This document shows positions 29,424 through 39,919 of a DNA stretch of 64,000 nt, piece after piece. The notes under the pieces are model-generated. The model searched no databases and was not told the origin of the DNA. It saw only the letters and a program-made list of their open reading frames with translations. The position numbers were made by a program, and so were the translations under genes. The stretch's first letter is position 1. The number at the start of each line of letters is the position of its first letter. Origin of the DNA: an uncultured delta proteobacterium (GTDB lineage: Bacteria; Myxococcota; Myxococcia; Myxococcales; Myxococcaceae); the NCBI GenBank assembly GCA_963771175.1, contig CAVYSY010000052.1, forward strand, positions 160,001 through 224,000. The letters run 5' to 3'.

Positions 29424-29448
29424 GCAGTACCGGGCCTTCGTCGCGGCG
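29401..29448 (+). mobile_element. 3' remnant 1 of a myxobacterial Y1/RAYT-like transposase
   Basis: AAMKELREQYRAFVAA; homologous to the remnants at 30042 and 30364. Confidence 0.55.
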
Positions 29449-29517
29449 CGATGAGGTCCAGCGCGGGGGGCAGATACTTTTCTGGCAAATGGCAATTGGA
29501 GGGTATGAGGAACGCCC

Positions 29518-30000
29518 ATGAGCGACGAGCGCACGCCTGCCGAGCCCGAAGTCATGGAGCCCACGTTCTGGCGGAAGAACGGCTGGACGGCCAGGGTCAT
29601 CAAGAACGAGGAGGACGACGGCTGGGCCGTGGAAATCCGCAAGCAGGGGATCGCCGAGCCCGTCCTCATCAGTCCGTGGGTGATGGGCCGCGATAAGAAG
29701 AACCCCAAGCCCTTCGATGCGACGGCGTTCTCGACCTTCGTGAAAACGGCCTCGGAGGTCCTGGACCGCTCCGCGCGACAGCGCGAGCAGGCCATGACCA
29801 AGAAGCTCTCCATCGCCTGGGAGGGCCGCTGGTACGAGGTTCGGCTCGAGCTCGTGGCCGATGAGTATGAGCCCCACGCGCTGCTCTCAGCCGTCGACGA
29901 CGCTGGCACGACCGTCGCGAAGCATCGCGTGCCCGTGACCTTCAAGTTCAACAGAGACGTCGCCAACGAGTGGGTGCGCGGCGGCTTCTGCGAGCCCTGA
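29518..30000 (+). CDS. Conserved-looking hypothetical protein
   Basis: 160-aa ORF, GAGG RBS, normal codon bias. Confidence 0.75.
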   Translation: MSDERTPAEPEVMEPTFWRKNGWTARVIKNEEDDGWAVEIRKQGIAEPVLISPWVMGRDKKNPKPFDATAFSTFVKTASEVLDRSARQREQAMTKKLSIAWEGRWYEVRLELVADEYEPHALLSAVDDAGTTVAKHRVPVTFKFNRDVANEWVRGGFCEP

Positions 30001-30041
30001 GCTGGCTGGGCTTGCCCCGGTTACGTGGACAGTAGGGGTAT

Positions 30042-30196
30042 ACGCGCTAGACGCTACGGGAGTTGCGCGAGCAGTACCGTGGCTTCGTCGCGAAGTTCCG
30101 AGCGGCGGCGGATCGATGGAGGCGGGGGAATTCTTCGGCCCCCCTTTAAATTTTGACACCCTCTCGGGCCGGGCCGGGCACGAACCCTTTGACACC
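30042..30196 (+). mobile_element. 3' remnant 2 of a Y1/RAYT-like transposase with TTTGACACC end motifs
   Basis: TR*TLRELREQYRGFVAKFRAAADRWRRGNSSAP, then TTTGACACCCTCT (30152) and TTTGACACC (30188). Confidence 0.65.
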
Positions 30197-30281
30197 TTCC
30201 GAGTGGCTGCTCGGCGGAGGTGCCTTCGAGTCTTCGAGTAGCGATGCCGAGCCTGCGCTTTACCGGACTCCCCTGAAGCGG

Positions 30282-30365
30282 TTAGGAGAAGTGCAGGGGC
30301 AGTCGCACCAGGCCGCGCACCTGGGCACCCGGGCGCCATTGGAGCTGCTCGAGCGGCTCGACGCC
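30282..30365 (-). pseudogene. Possible C-terminal remnant of a cytochrome P450
   Basis: GVEPLEQLQWRPGAQVRGLVRLPLHFS* resembles the 'L.WR.....RGL..LP..F' P450 terminus. Confidence 0.4.
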
Positions 30366-30542
30366 GGAGTTGGAGGTGGCGCCCCTGCCGTGTTGGGAAG
30401 GACTGGGTACCGGGCCTTGTCGAGGTGTTCCGAGAGGCGGCGGCTCGGTGGAGGAGGGGGACTTCTCAGCGAGCTTTCCGCTCTTCTTCTTCCCGCCGCG
30501 TGTCGTGCTGGATCGCGTCGCGCGAGTTCTTTGACACCCTCT
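30364..30542 (+). mobile_element. 3' remnant 3 of a Y1/RAYT-like transposase, internally deleted
   Basis: PELEVAPLPCWEGLG joined to YRA..VFREAAARWRRG.FSASFPLFFFPPRVVLDRVARVL*; the stop lies inside TTTGACACCCTCT (30530). Confidence 0.65.
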
Positions 30543-30583
30543 TTGGAGCCCATAAGAGGAATGGGGGCCTCTCTCGATGTGAT

Positions 30584-30870
30584 TTAATTTTGCTGAACAG
30601 GTGTGACTTCAAGCAAGAGATAGCCCAGCGTCGTCGTATCGGTCGCATCCATCCAGCCAAAGTGGTAATCCCCCGCCAGCTTGATTGGCTTACCATAGCT
30701 ACCCGTCCTGTAGGTCAATGTGGTGCCGGCTTTGTATGACTGTCCATTTCGAAAGTCGAAATCGCTGGTCTCGGCTGAATATGATGCCTGCGTGATATAG
30801 TGAAGGTGATCAGTCGCAACAAGCATGAACCCCAAGTCTGCGACATCATGGCATTGCTCAAGACGCGCGA
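30584..30870 (-). pseudogene. Low-GC C-terminal fragment of an unknown protein
   Basis: 'FMLVATDHLHYITQASY..LAGDYHFGWMD..LLLEVTPVQQN*'; AT-rich; no convincing start or RBS. Confidence 0.4.
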
Positions 30871-30879
30871 TGGTGAGGC

Positions 30880-32235
30880 TCACTTGATGCCGTGCCGCCG
30901 CAGCAGGCGGTACAGGTACACGCGGTCCATGTCCGCGCCGGTGGCCGCCTGGGACACCTTGCCCTGGTGCAGCTCCAGCAGCGCGCGCAGGTAGCGCCGC
31001 TCGAAGTCGTCCAGCGCCAGCCGCCTCGCCTCCGCGTAGGGCACCTTCGGGTCCACCTCGAAGCGGCTGCCCGCCGGTGTCACATCCGAGAGCGCCAGTG
31101 TGTCCTCGAACACCAGACACCGCTCCAGGTAGTTGCGCAGCTCGCGCACGTTGCCCGGCCATGCCGCCTGCTCCAGCCGCGCGATGAACTCCGGCGAGCG
31201 CAGCGCCTGCGTCCGCTCCGGCTCCGCCCCCAGCGAGGTCAGCACCTGCTCCACCAGGAACTTCAGGTCCTCGGGCCGCTGGCGCACGGGCGGCAGGGGA
31301 ATGCGCAGCACCGCCAGCCGGAAGAAGAGGTCCGAGCGGAACCGTCCCGCGTTCACCTCGGCGCGCAGGTCCCGGTTGGTGGCGGCGATGATGCGCACGT
31401 CCACGGGCACGTAGTTGTTGGTGCCCACCCGGCGGATTTCCCGCGCCTCCAGCACGCGCAGCAGCTTGGGCTGGAGCTCCGCGGGCAGCTCGCCCATCTC
31501 GTCGAGGAAGAGGGTGCCGCCGTGGGCCTCCTCGAAGGCGCCGATGCGCCGGTTGGCCGCGCCGGTGAAGGCCCCCTTCTCGTGGCCGAACAGCTCGCTC
31601 TCCAGCAGGTCCGGGGGGATGGCGCCGCAGTCCACGGTGAGGAAGGGCTTGTCGCGGCGGGCACTCTCCTGGTGGATGGCCTGGGCCGCCTGGCTCTTGC
31701 CGGTGCCCGTCTCGCCCTCGAGCAGCACCGTCACGTCCTTGCTGGCCGCGCGCTCCAGCAGGGCGAAGCACATGCGCATCGGCACCGAGACGCCCACCAG
31801 CGAGCCGAAGCGCGTACGCTCGGACACCTGCAACCGGTTGCTGTCGGAGCTGAAATCGAAGCGAACCACCGCGCGGCCCAGCCGCAGGAGGCTCCCGCCT
31901 CGCAGGTACCCGTCGGCCACCTGCACGCCGTCGAGGATGATGCCGTTGGTGCTGTCCAGGTCCTTCACCCGCGCGCCCTTGGGGCCCACGCGAATCTCAC
32001 AGTGGAAGCGGGACACGGTGGGGTCATCGAGCGAGACGTCGTTGCTCGGGTGCGAGCCGATGGAGCACGCATCCGACACCGAGTCCCACACCGTGCCAGC
32101 GCCGGGGCCCTCCACCACGGTGAGGAGGAAGCGACGGACCGCGGGCACGTCCGAGGGGCGCTGCACGTGCGCGTAGGGCCGCGTCACGTTGACGTCCTCG
32201 GCGCCAGGGGCCACGCGGTCGATGGGGGGGGTCAT
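30880..32235 (-). CDS. FHA-domain sigma54 enhancer-binding protein
   Basis: FHA '[19 protein letters not shown]'; [32 protein letters not shown]-terminal HTH. Confidence 0.95.
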   Translation of the reverse strand: MTPPIDRVAPGAEDVNVTRPYAHVQRPSDVPAVRRFLLTVVEGPGAGTVWDSVSDACSIGSHPSNDVSLDDPTVSRFHCEIRVGPKGARVKDLDSTNGIILDGVQVADGYLRGGSLLRLGRAVVRFDFSSDSNRLQVSERTRFGSLVGVSVPMRMCFALLERAASKDVTVLLEGETGTGKSQAAQAIHQESARRDKPFLTVDCGAIPPDLLESELFGHEKGAFTGAANRRIGAFEEAHGGTLFLDEMGELPAELQPKLLRVLEAREIRRVGTNNYVPVDVRIIAATNRDLRAEVNAGRFRSDLFFRLAVLRIPLPPVRQRPEDLKFLVEQVLTSLGAEPERTQALRSPEFIARLEQAAWPGNVRELRNYLERCLVFEDTLALSDVTPAGSRFEVDPKVPYAEARRLALDDFERRYLRALLELHQGKVSQAATGADMDRVYLYRLLRRHGIK

Positions 32236-32461
32236 GGCAGGACGTTATCACGACAGCCTCTCAACGGCCCGCGAGGTCGGAAGCTCGGGCTCAGGCCAGC
32301 CGGGCGACGAGCTGCAGGACGCACCAGGTGCGGTGCCACCACTTGGAGTTCTTGTTCCAGCGGCGCTGGAAGTCGTTCCAGGCCTGGTGGCCGCCGGGCC
32401 AGCCTCGTCGGTGGACGCGAGCGACGGAACGCGCGACGCTCGGCGCCGGAGGCCCACTGGG

Positions 32462-32803
32462 ATGACGACACCTTCGAACAACGACGAGCGCTTCCATATC
32501 GAGCTGCTCAAGCTGCTGCTGCACGTGGCCTGGAGTGATGACGAGGTGGACCCGCGCGAGGCCCGAGCGCTGCTCGGCGCGGCCCACCGCTGGAAGGTGC
32601 CCGTGTCGGAGCTGCAGCGGCTGGAGCTCTGTCTGGACCAGGGCGAGCCCATGCCGGCGCCGAACCTGGGTCTGCTGCGCCAGCGCCCGGACGACGTGCT
32701 CGCGACGGTGCGCACGCTCATCGAGAGCGACACCCACGTGAATCTCTCCGAGCAGGAGATGCTCTCCCAGATTCGCGAGCTGCTGGGCCTGCCCCCGGCC
32801 TGA
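32462..32803 (+). CDS. TerB-like small helical protein
   Basis: 'LLHVAWSDDEVDPRE' and 'SDTHVNLSEQEMLSQIRELLG'. Confidence 0.7.
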   Translation: MTTPSNNDERFHIELLKLLLHVAWSDDEVDPREARALLGAAHRWKVPVSELQRLELCLDQGEPMPAPNLGLLRQRPDDVLATVRTLIESDTHVNLSEQEMLSQIRELLGLPPA

Positions 32804-32812
32804 GGCGGCGGG

Positions 32813-33970
32813 CTACTCGTCGAGCAGCGCCGACCAGAAGGTGACGAGCCGCCAGACGTCGGCCGCCGCCGCCTTCTTATCCATCTCGGCGTGGGTGATG
32901 AGGGGCGTGAGCAGCGAATGCACCTCGGTCCGGGGTGCCAGCCAGCGCGCGAGGAGCTCGGACTCGATGGCGGGGATGACGGTGTCGTCCGTGCCATGCA
33001 GCAGGTAGACGGGCGAGGCCGGGGCTGGGGAGCGCTCGGGCGAGAGCGCGGGCTCCTGAGCGAAGGCCCGCGCGTGGGGCAGCAGCAGCGGGCCGAGCGT
33101 GGCGACGTCCCGCTCGTTCACGTACCTCATGAAGGTGGCCGAGGGCTCGGGCATCTCCGACTGCAGGCGCCGGGCCTCGGCGAAGGTGTCCTGGGCCCGC
33201 CGCGCGTCGTAGAGGGCGAAGTGCGAGGCGCGTAGGAAGGTGAGGAGGCCCGCGCGCAGCGTCTCCACCTGCTCGGGGGGAACGACCCGGTCGGTCACGC
33301 TCAGCAGGATGACGACCACGCCGTAGTCATGGGGCTTGCGCTGCTGGCCATCGGGCTGGACACCGGTGCACAGGAAGGTGAGCACGCGCTCGAGGTCCCC
33401 GTGCCCCCCGAGCGACAGGGTGAAGGAGACCTTGTCCCGGAGCTGGGGCCGTCCGGCGGCGACGACGGAGAGCCCACCGGCGAAGCTGATGCCCAGCAGC
33501 CCCACCCGTCCATCGGGCGCGAGCGCCGGCTGCGAGGCGGCCCAGAGCGCGGCGTCTTCAATCATGTCCGTCTCGCGCGGGGTGATTTGATAGCGCAGGA
33601 GGTCGGGCAGCTCGGGGGTGAGGACGGTGAGGCCCCCGGCGGCGAGGTCCCTGGAGAGCTTCACCAGCCGGGCCTCGTCGATGCCCTCCGCGTGCACGCC
33701 GGGCGTCACGAGGACGGTGCGTCCGCGGGGAGCCGCGGGCTGGTAGACACGGGCGCGGAGAGTCCCATGACGCGAGGGCACCTGCGTCTCCTGCTCGGTG
33801 ACGGGACCGGTGCGCCAGCGGGCGATGCGCTCGACGAGGCCACCCTTCAGGTCAGCGGCGCGGGCCACGAAGGAGAGGCCCCGGAGCAGGTCCGGGACGA
33901 CGAGCAGGGCGACGAGCAGCAGTCCCGCCAGGACGGCGAGGAGCATCACCCTCCAGGTGCGTGGGCGCAT
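32813..33970 (-). CDS. Membrane-anchored alpha/beta hydrolase
   Basis: GISFAGG nucleophile elbow; 'LLHGTDDTVIP'; 'ITH'. Confidence 0.8.
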   Translation of the reverse strand: MRPRTWRVMLLAVLAGLLLVALLVVPDLLRGLSFVARAADLKGGLVERIARWRTGPVTEQETQVPSRHGTLRARVYQPAAPRGRTVLVTPGVHAEGIDEARLVKLSRDLAAGGLTVLTPELPDLLRYQITPRETDMIEDAALWAASQPALAPDGRVGLLGISFAGGLSVVAAGRPQLRDKVSFTLSLGGHGDLERVLTFLCTGVQPDGQQRKPHDYGVVVILLSVTDRVVPPEQVETLRAGLLTFLRASHFALYDARRAQDTFAEARRLQSEMPEPSATFMRYVNERDVATLGPLLLPHARAFAQEPALSPERSPAPASPVYLLHGTDDTVIPAIESELLARWLAPRTEVHSLLTPLITHAEMDKKAAAADVWRLVTFWSALLDE

Positions 33971-34909
33971 TCAGTCCCAATGCCAGGAGAAGTTCACCCA
34001 GGGCAAGGGGAAGGGAAGGCCCGTCGCATAGGCTCCGCCGAGGTCCACCGTCCAGCGCTCGCCGAGGACCCGCAGGCCCACCGAGTTGACCAGCGTGGGG
34101 ACGTAGCTCGGGCCCAGTAGCACCCAGTGCTCGGTGACGCCGGCCAGCCGGTCCGTCAGCCGGAGGGAGCCGCCGAGCGACCCGGCAACGAGCTCCCCCA
34201 TCCGATGGCCCCCTCTGTAGAACTCGAAGGGGACCCCCGCGCTCAACGTGAGCTGCGCGTCCGCGGTGCCATAGGTGGCGGCCCCATAGACGAGCCCGAA
34301 GGTCGACGGCGCGATGGGCAACACGGCCGCCTCCACGCCCACGGCCAGATGGAAGCGCTCCGACACCGAGCCCCCCACCTTCAACCCGCCCGCCACGTGG
34401 ATGAAGCGCTCGTCCACCGCGAACAGGGGCAGCACGCTGCCGACCGACACCGTGACGTGGTCCGTCACCCCCAGCGACACCATGGTGAGGAAGAGCTCCC
34501 GCTGGCTGAAGAAGCCCTCGCCGCCGCGCAGCATCAGCGCGCTGTTGCCAAAGAAGTAGCGGGTCCGGCCGCGGTCGGCGAAGCGCACCTGGCCGCCCTT
34601 CGTCACGCGGGCGTCACGCTCCTCGTCCACGCGCTCCACCGCCTCGGCGGGCAGCGTCAGCCGCGAGCCCCCGGACACCTCCAGGACCACGCCATCCGTG
34701 TCATGGCGCACCACCTTTCCGACCAACACCTGCCCGTCCTTCAACGTCACCCGGGACAACCTCTCCTCGGTGGCCTCGGCGGGAGGAGGCGCGACCTCGG
34801 CCTGCTCCGTCTCCTCGGAGGGAGCGACGGGGGTGGGTCCGCCCTCGGGTTCGGCGGCGCGGGCCACGGGAGCGAGCAGCAACAGGGCGGCGAACAGTGG
34901 GCGGAACAT
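33971..34909 (-). CDS. Hypothetical exported protein, probable beta-barrel C-terminus
   Basis: ATG 34909 with GAGGAGG RBS; signal peptide; 'VTLKDGQVLVG'; aromatic C-terminus. Confidence 0.7.
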   Translation of the reverse strand: MFRPLFAALLLLAPVARAAEPEGGPTPVAPSEETEQAEVAPPPAEATEERLSRVTLKDGQVLVGKVVRHDTDGVVLEVSGGSRLTLPAEAVERVDEERDARVTKGGQVRFADRGRTRYFFGNSALMLRGGEGFFSQRELFLTMVSLGVTDHVTVSVGSVLPLFAVDERFIHVAGGLKVGGSVSERFHLAVGVEAAVLPIAPSTFGLVYGAATYGTADAQLTLSAGVPFEFYRGGHRMGELVAGSLGGSLRLTDRLAGVTEHWVLLGPSYVPTLVNSVGLRVLGERWTVDLGGAYATGLPFPLPWVNFSWHWD

Positions 34910-35035
34910 GGGCCTCCTCGGAGGTGGGAACGCCGGGGAGGTTGCACGCTCCGGGCCAGGAAAGGCGAAGGGCCAGACCCGCCGGGGCATCCGCGCCCCG
35001 CGAGCCTGGCCCCTGGGAGCCCTCTCGGGCCCGAC

Positions 35036-35746
35036 TCAGCCGTTGATGATGCGCTTCAGCTCGGCCTTGTCGCTGGAGAACTGGAAGGCGTTGTAGAGCT
35101 GGAAGGAGTTCTGCCGGTCGAGGACTCGCGACCACATCACCCGCACCGCATCCAGCCGATCCTTGGAGAACTGGAACTGGGGCAGCACCTGCAGCACCTG
35201 GTTGACGGTGAAGTAGTTGTTGCCGACGGCGCCCTCGAGGACGTTCATCTTGTCATCGCCGAAGGGCTCGCGGGACATGGCGTGCATGATGCGCTGCAGC
35301 TCGCGATCCGCGATGGGCTGGTACACCGGAGCCGGGGGCGGGGGCGGAATGGGCGAGGGCGGCGAGGGACGCGGGTTGTTGTAGCCACGCGCCTCGGGGG
35401 CATCGGCGAGCACGTCGCGGATGTCGTTCAGCTCCTCGTAGGCCTCGCGCAGCTTGCCCTTGCCATGGCCACGACCGTTGCTGCGCTCGAAGGCGTCGCC
35501 GAGCAACTGCTCCAGCCGGGCGAGGCGCTGCTCCAGGTCCCCGCGATCCACCACCACCAGCATGCCGCGCCGGCCGCGCCGGAACTCGTTGTCGTCGTCG
35601 CCACCCCGGAACGACGGGGACGCGGTCGGGGGCTGGGTGCCCACGGCCTGGCCCGGGGGCGGAGTCATGGGCTGAGAGGTCTGGGCGGAAGCGGTGACGG
35701 CGGTGAGCAGGGCGACGGCGGCGAAGAGGGCCTTCATGGGGTTCAT
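35036..35746 (-). CDS. DUF4476-like exported protein
   Basis: Signal peptide; 'F.DDKM..L....NYFTVNQV..VL..FQFSKDRL..VLDRQN'. Confidence 0.75.
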   Translation of the reverse strand: MNPMKALFAAVALLTAVTASAQTSQPMTPPPGQAVGTQPPTASPSFRGGDDDNEFRRGRRGMLVVVDRGDLEQRLARLEQLLGDAFERSNGRGHGKGKLREAYEELNDIRDVLADAPEARGYNNPRPSPPSPIPPPPPAPVYQPIADRELQRIMHAMSREPFGDDKMNVLEGAVGNNYFTVNQVLQVLPQFQFSKDRLDAVRVMWSRVLDRQNSFQLYNAFQFSSDKAELKRIING

Positions 35747-35923
35747 CCTTCTGGGAAATGACGTTGCTGCATCTGCCCACTCAGACGGGAGGAGGGCGTC
35801 CGCATTCAAACGCTCGGCATTCTGCCCCCCGGACGGTGCATCCCGCACCTGGACGCCCCGGACGTCCAAGTCCCTGGAAGGACTCGGGTTTGCCCCGGGC
35901 CCGGCCTTGCAGGGGGAGCGGGC

Positions 35924-36792
35924 ATGACGACTCTCTCCCACCCTTCCCATCCCCTTCCGAGCGCCCGCGGCCTGTCCCTCCGGACCTGGTTCAAGGGACT
36001 GCGCTCCTCTCCGGCCTGCTGAGCTTCGCCAGCTTCTGTGGCCTCACCGTGCTGTTCTACGAAGGCTCACTCGACGCCGCCGGCATGCTCGAGGCCTTCT
36101 CGGAACTGGACCCCGCGGCGGGCCGGATTCCCCTGCCCCTGATTCTCGCGAGCCTCCTCTTCGTGGGCGCGGCGCTCGGCCGCTGGCAGCACCAGCAGAT
36201 GTGGCGCATGGAGCAGCGGGGCAGGGAGTTGCTCCAGGCGGGAAGACCCGAGGCGGCCATCCGTGACCTCGAGGTGGCGGCCTCCTGCGGGAGTGAAGCC
36301 CAGCGGGCGGAGAGCCTCCACGGGCTCGCGCTCGCGTGGCTGCGCATGAGGGACATCGAGCGCGCCCTCTCGTTCGCGAGCCGGTCCGGGGAACCTGCCG
36401 CGATGGCGCTCGTGCTGGCGCTGGACGGCGAGCTGGAGCAGGCCAGGACGTGGGTGCAGGAGATCGAACGCCCCATTCTCGGCAAGACGGACCACGCGCT
36501 GCTCGCGCAGGCGGTGATTTTCTGCCGGGAGGGGCTGTACGTACTGGCGGTGAAGCGCATCCAGCGCACCGCGAGGGAGCACGTCCCAGTGATGGATGTG
36601 GGCGCGGTGGGCGTCATCCACGCCTTCGCGCGGAGCCGGCTGGGAGGGCAACTGGTGCCGCTCAAGCCGGGGTGCGTGCTGCCCGAGAAGCCCGGCCGGG
36701 GCTCCGGGTACGAGTACCTCGGGCAGGCGTGGCCCGAGCTCGCCGCCTTCCTGCGGGGCGAGGACGCGCCGACCGGGGCCCGCGAGGCGTGA
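35924..36792 (+). CDS. Hypothetical membrane protein with TPR-like helices; start uncertain, probable frameshift near 35997
   Basis: Two TM segments, then helical repeats ending 'YLGQAWPELAAFL'. Confidence 0.6.
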
Positions 36793-37601
36793 CTACTCCT
36801 TCACCGCGCCGGCGGTGAGCCCGCTGACGATGCGCCGCTGGAAGAGCACCGTCAGCACCACCAGCGGCAGCGTGGCGACCACCGAGGCGGCGGCGATCTC
36901 GCCCCAGGGCTCCTTGTGCTCGCTGGCGAAGAGGCTGATGGCCACCGGCACGGTGCGCTTCTCCGGCGAGGACAGGAAGGTGAGCGCGTAGAGGAACTCG
37001 TTCCACGCGAAGATGAAGACGAGGATGGCGGTGGTGGCCAGCCCCGGAGCGGCGAGCGGCAGCAGCACCCGCCAGAAGGCCCCGAAGCGGCGTGCACCCG
37101 TCCACCCGCGCCGCCCGGTACAGCTCGTCCGGGAGCTGCCGGAAGAAGGACGTGAGAATCCACAGCGTGAGCGGCAGCGCGAAGGTGGCGTAGGGCAGCA
37201 CGAGCCCCACCAGCGTGTCGCGCAGGCCCACCGCGCGCAGGATGAGGTAGAGCGGGCTCACCGTGGCGATGGGCGGGAACATGGACACCGCGAGCGCCGC
37301 GGCCAGCAGCAGGCCGCGCCCGCGGAACTCCAGCTTCGCCAGGGCGAACGCCGCCGACGCGCCCACCGCGAGGCAGAACAGCGTGGTCAGCCGCGGCCAC
37401 CAGCAGCGAGTTGAACACCACGCGCAGGAAGGGGCGGCCCCACAGCACGCTCGCGTAGTTGTCCAGGGTGAGGGTGCTCGGCAGCGGCCGGGTGAGCTCG
37501 ACCGTCCGGCCACAGCGAGGTGAGCACCTGCCAGAAGAACGGCCCGAGGAAGAAGGTGAGGAAGGCCACCGTCGCCAGCCACAGCACCCGGACCGCTTCA
37601 T
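36793..37601 (-). CDS. Carbohydrate ABC permease (MalG-like), multiply frameshifted
   Basis: 'SMFPPIATV', 'LYRAARVDG' EAA-like loop, 'FIFAWNEFLYA'. Confidence 0.85.
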
Positions 37602-38483
37602 CGCCGCCCCTCCTGTCCCGAGCAGCCGCATGTACACGAGGCTCAGCCCCACCACGCACAGGAAGGTGGCCACCGACAGCGTCGAGCCGTAGCCGAAGTT
37701 CCCCGCGCGCATCAGCGTCTTGTACGCGTAGATGCTGAGCGTCTCGGTGGTGTTGGCGGGGCCGCCCTCGGTCAGCACGTAGATGGCGTCGAAGACGCGG
37801 AAGGCGTCCAGCGTGCGGAACAGCAGCGCCAGCAGGATGGCGGGCTTGAGCAGCGGCAGCGTGATGGACGCGGAACGATGCGCCAGGGCGACGCGCCGTC
37901 CACGCGCGCCGCCTTGTAGAGGTCCTCGGGAATGCCCTGCAGGCCCGCGAGCAGCAGCAGCGCCACGAAGGGCGTCGTCTTCCACACGTCCACCAGGATG
38001 GCCGCGTGCAGCGCGTACCCCGGCGCGCCCAGCCAGTTGATGTCCGCCGCCCGGCAGCAGCCGGTTGATGAGCCCGTAGTCCGGGTTGAACAGCCACGCC
38101 CACAGCTTCGCGCTCACCACGGTGGGGATGGCCCACGGCATCAGCACCGCGGCGCGCAGCACGCCCCGCCCCGGGAAGCGCGCGGTTGAGCAGCAGCGCC
38201 AGCGGCACCGCCAGCAGCAGCTCCACCGCCACCGCCACCGCGCGTGAAGTAGGCCGTGTTGCCGCAGCGCGCCCCAGAAGCGCGCGTCGCCCAGCAGGAA
38301 GGCGTAGTTGTCCAGGCCCGACGAACCGCCGCTCGCCGAAGACGAGGACGAGCCGCTGCAGGCTCAGCCACACCGCCGCGAGGATGGGGTAGAGCGCCAC
38401 GCCCACCGAGCACCGCCACCGACGGGCGCCACCAGCAGGTACGCCTGCCTCCGCTCGCGCAGCAGCGAGCCCGTCGCCTTCAT
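37598..38483 (-). CDS. Carbohydrate ABC permease (MalF-like), multiply frameshifted
   Basis: 'PWAIPTVV', 'DVWKTTPF', '[10 protein letters not shown]', '[14 protein letters not shown]'. Confidence 0.85.
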
Positions 38484-39791
38484 CGTGCCTTCTCCGGAAG
38501 GGCTCGACTGCCCGGTCAGGTGGTCCACCTGCCGCTGCGCCTGCGCGCAGCGCCTCCTCGGGCGAGCGCATGCCCGCGACGGCCGCGGAGAACTCGCTCT
38601 GCAGCACGTCCGAGAGCAGCGTGTAGTAGGGCGTCACCGGCCTCGGCCGCGCGCGCTCCACCATGCTGCAGCAGGTTGGCGATGAAGGGCACCGCGCTCC
38701 ACCAGCCTCGGGTCCTCGTAGACCGCGCGGCCGCGGCGGGTTGCGCCCGTAGGCAGCGCGAGCTTCACGTTGGCCTCCGGCGAGGTGAGGTGCGCGATGA
38801 GGCGCTCGGCGCGCGCGCCGCGGCGTCTCCGGACGACGTGCGCGTTCACCGCGAGCTGCCAGCCGCCGAGCGTCCCCGCGCCCGGCTCGCCGCTCACCGT
38901 GGGCAGCGCGGCGACGCCCACCTTCCCGCGGATGGGCGAGTCCGGCTTCTGCGCCTCGCTCCCACGCGTAGGGCCAGTTGCGCATGAAGACGGCGCGGCC
39001 CTCCTGGAAGACGCGCCGCGCCTCCTCCTCGGCGGCGGACGGTGACGCCCGGCGGCGAGATGCCGCTCGCGAGGAGCCCGCGCAGGTAGGCGAGCGCCTC
39101 GCGCGCCGGCTCCGTGGTCGAGCAGCAGCCGGCCCCGCGCGTCCATCGCCTGGCCGCCGTGGCCCCAGATGGCCTCGTAGACGTTGCAGTTGAGCCCCTC
39201 GTACTGCCGGCCCTGCCACACGTAGCCCTGCAGCCGGGGTGCCTTCGCCATCGCCTCGCGGGCGAACCGCTGGAGCTCCTCGTAGGTGCGCGGCGCCCGG
39301 GGCACCAGGTCCGTGCGGTAGTAGAGGACGCCCACGTCCACGTACCACGGCACCGCGTACGTGCTTGCCCGCCCACCACCACGGCCTCCACCGGGCCGGG
39401 GAGGAACTCCTCGCGCAGCCGCTCGGGCGGGAAGGCGCTCGGAGAGGTCGGCGATCCACCCGGCGCGGGCGAACTCGGGCACCCAGACGACGTCCACCAC
39501 CAGCACGTCGAAGTCGTCGCGCGCCGCCCTCCAGCGCGGTGAGGAAGAACTGGTGCGCCACGTCCGACGCGTTGGGCAGCGTCTCGGTGACGAGCTCGAC
39601 GTCCGGGTTGTTCGCGCTCGGAACTCCGTCGAGCAGCTCGCGGAAGGCCGCCGGGTCTCCCCAGCGGCTGGTACTTGAAGACGAGGGGCACCTTCCCCGG
39701 GCGCCGCGGCGGGCTCCGCTTTCCGGCGGCACCCCGGCACGCTCCACAGGACGAGCCCCAGCACGAGCACGGCGACGAGCGGGCGGCGCAT
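38480..39791 (-). CDS. Sugar (trehalose/maltose-type) ABC substrate-binding lipoprotein, multiply frameshifted
   Basis: Lipobox VPGC; 'DVVWVPEFARAGW', 'LYYRTDL', 'QYEGL', 'FMRNWPY', 'RPVTPYY'. Confidence 0.85.
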
Positions 39792-39919
39792 AGGCCTCGG
39801 ATGAGCCCACCTCCCCCGGTGGAGGGTCAAGGCAAGCCCTCCGGTTCGAGTCCAGGGTGTCCGGGAGCACACCGCTCGCGCCTCCAGAGTGTCAGCCTGT
39901 CTCCGGTACACTGCCGCGC

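Noticed and set aside
32462..32803. Tellurite-resistance or ter defence operon
   Set aside because: Single TerB-like gene with no other ter genes.
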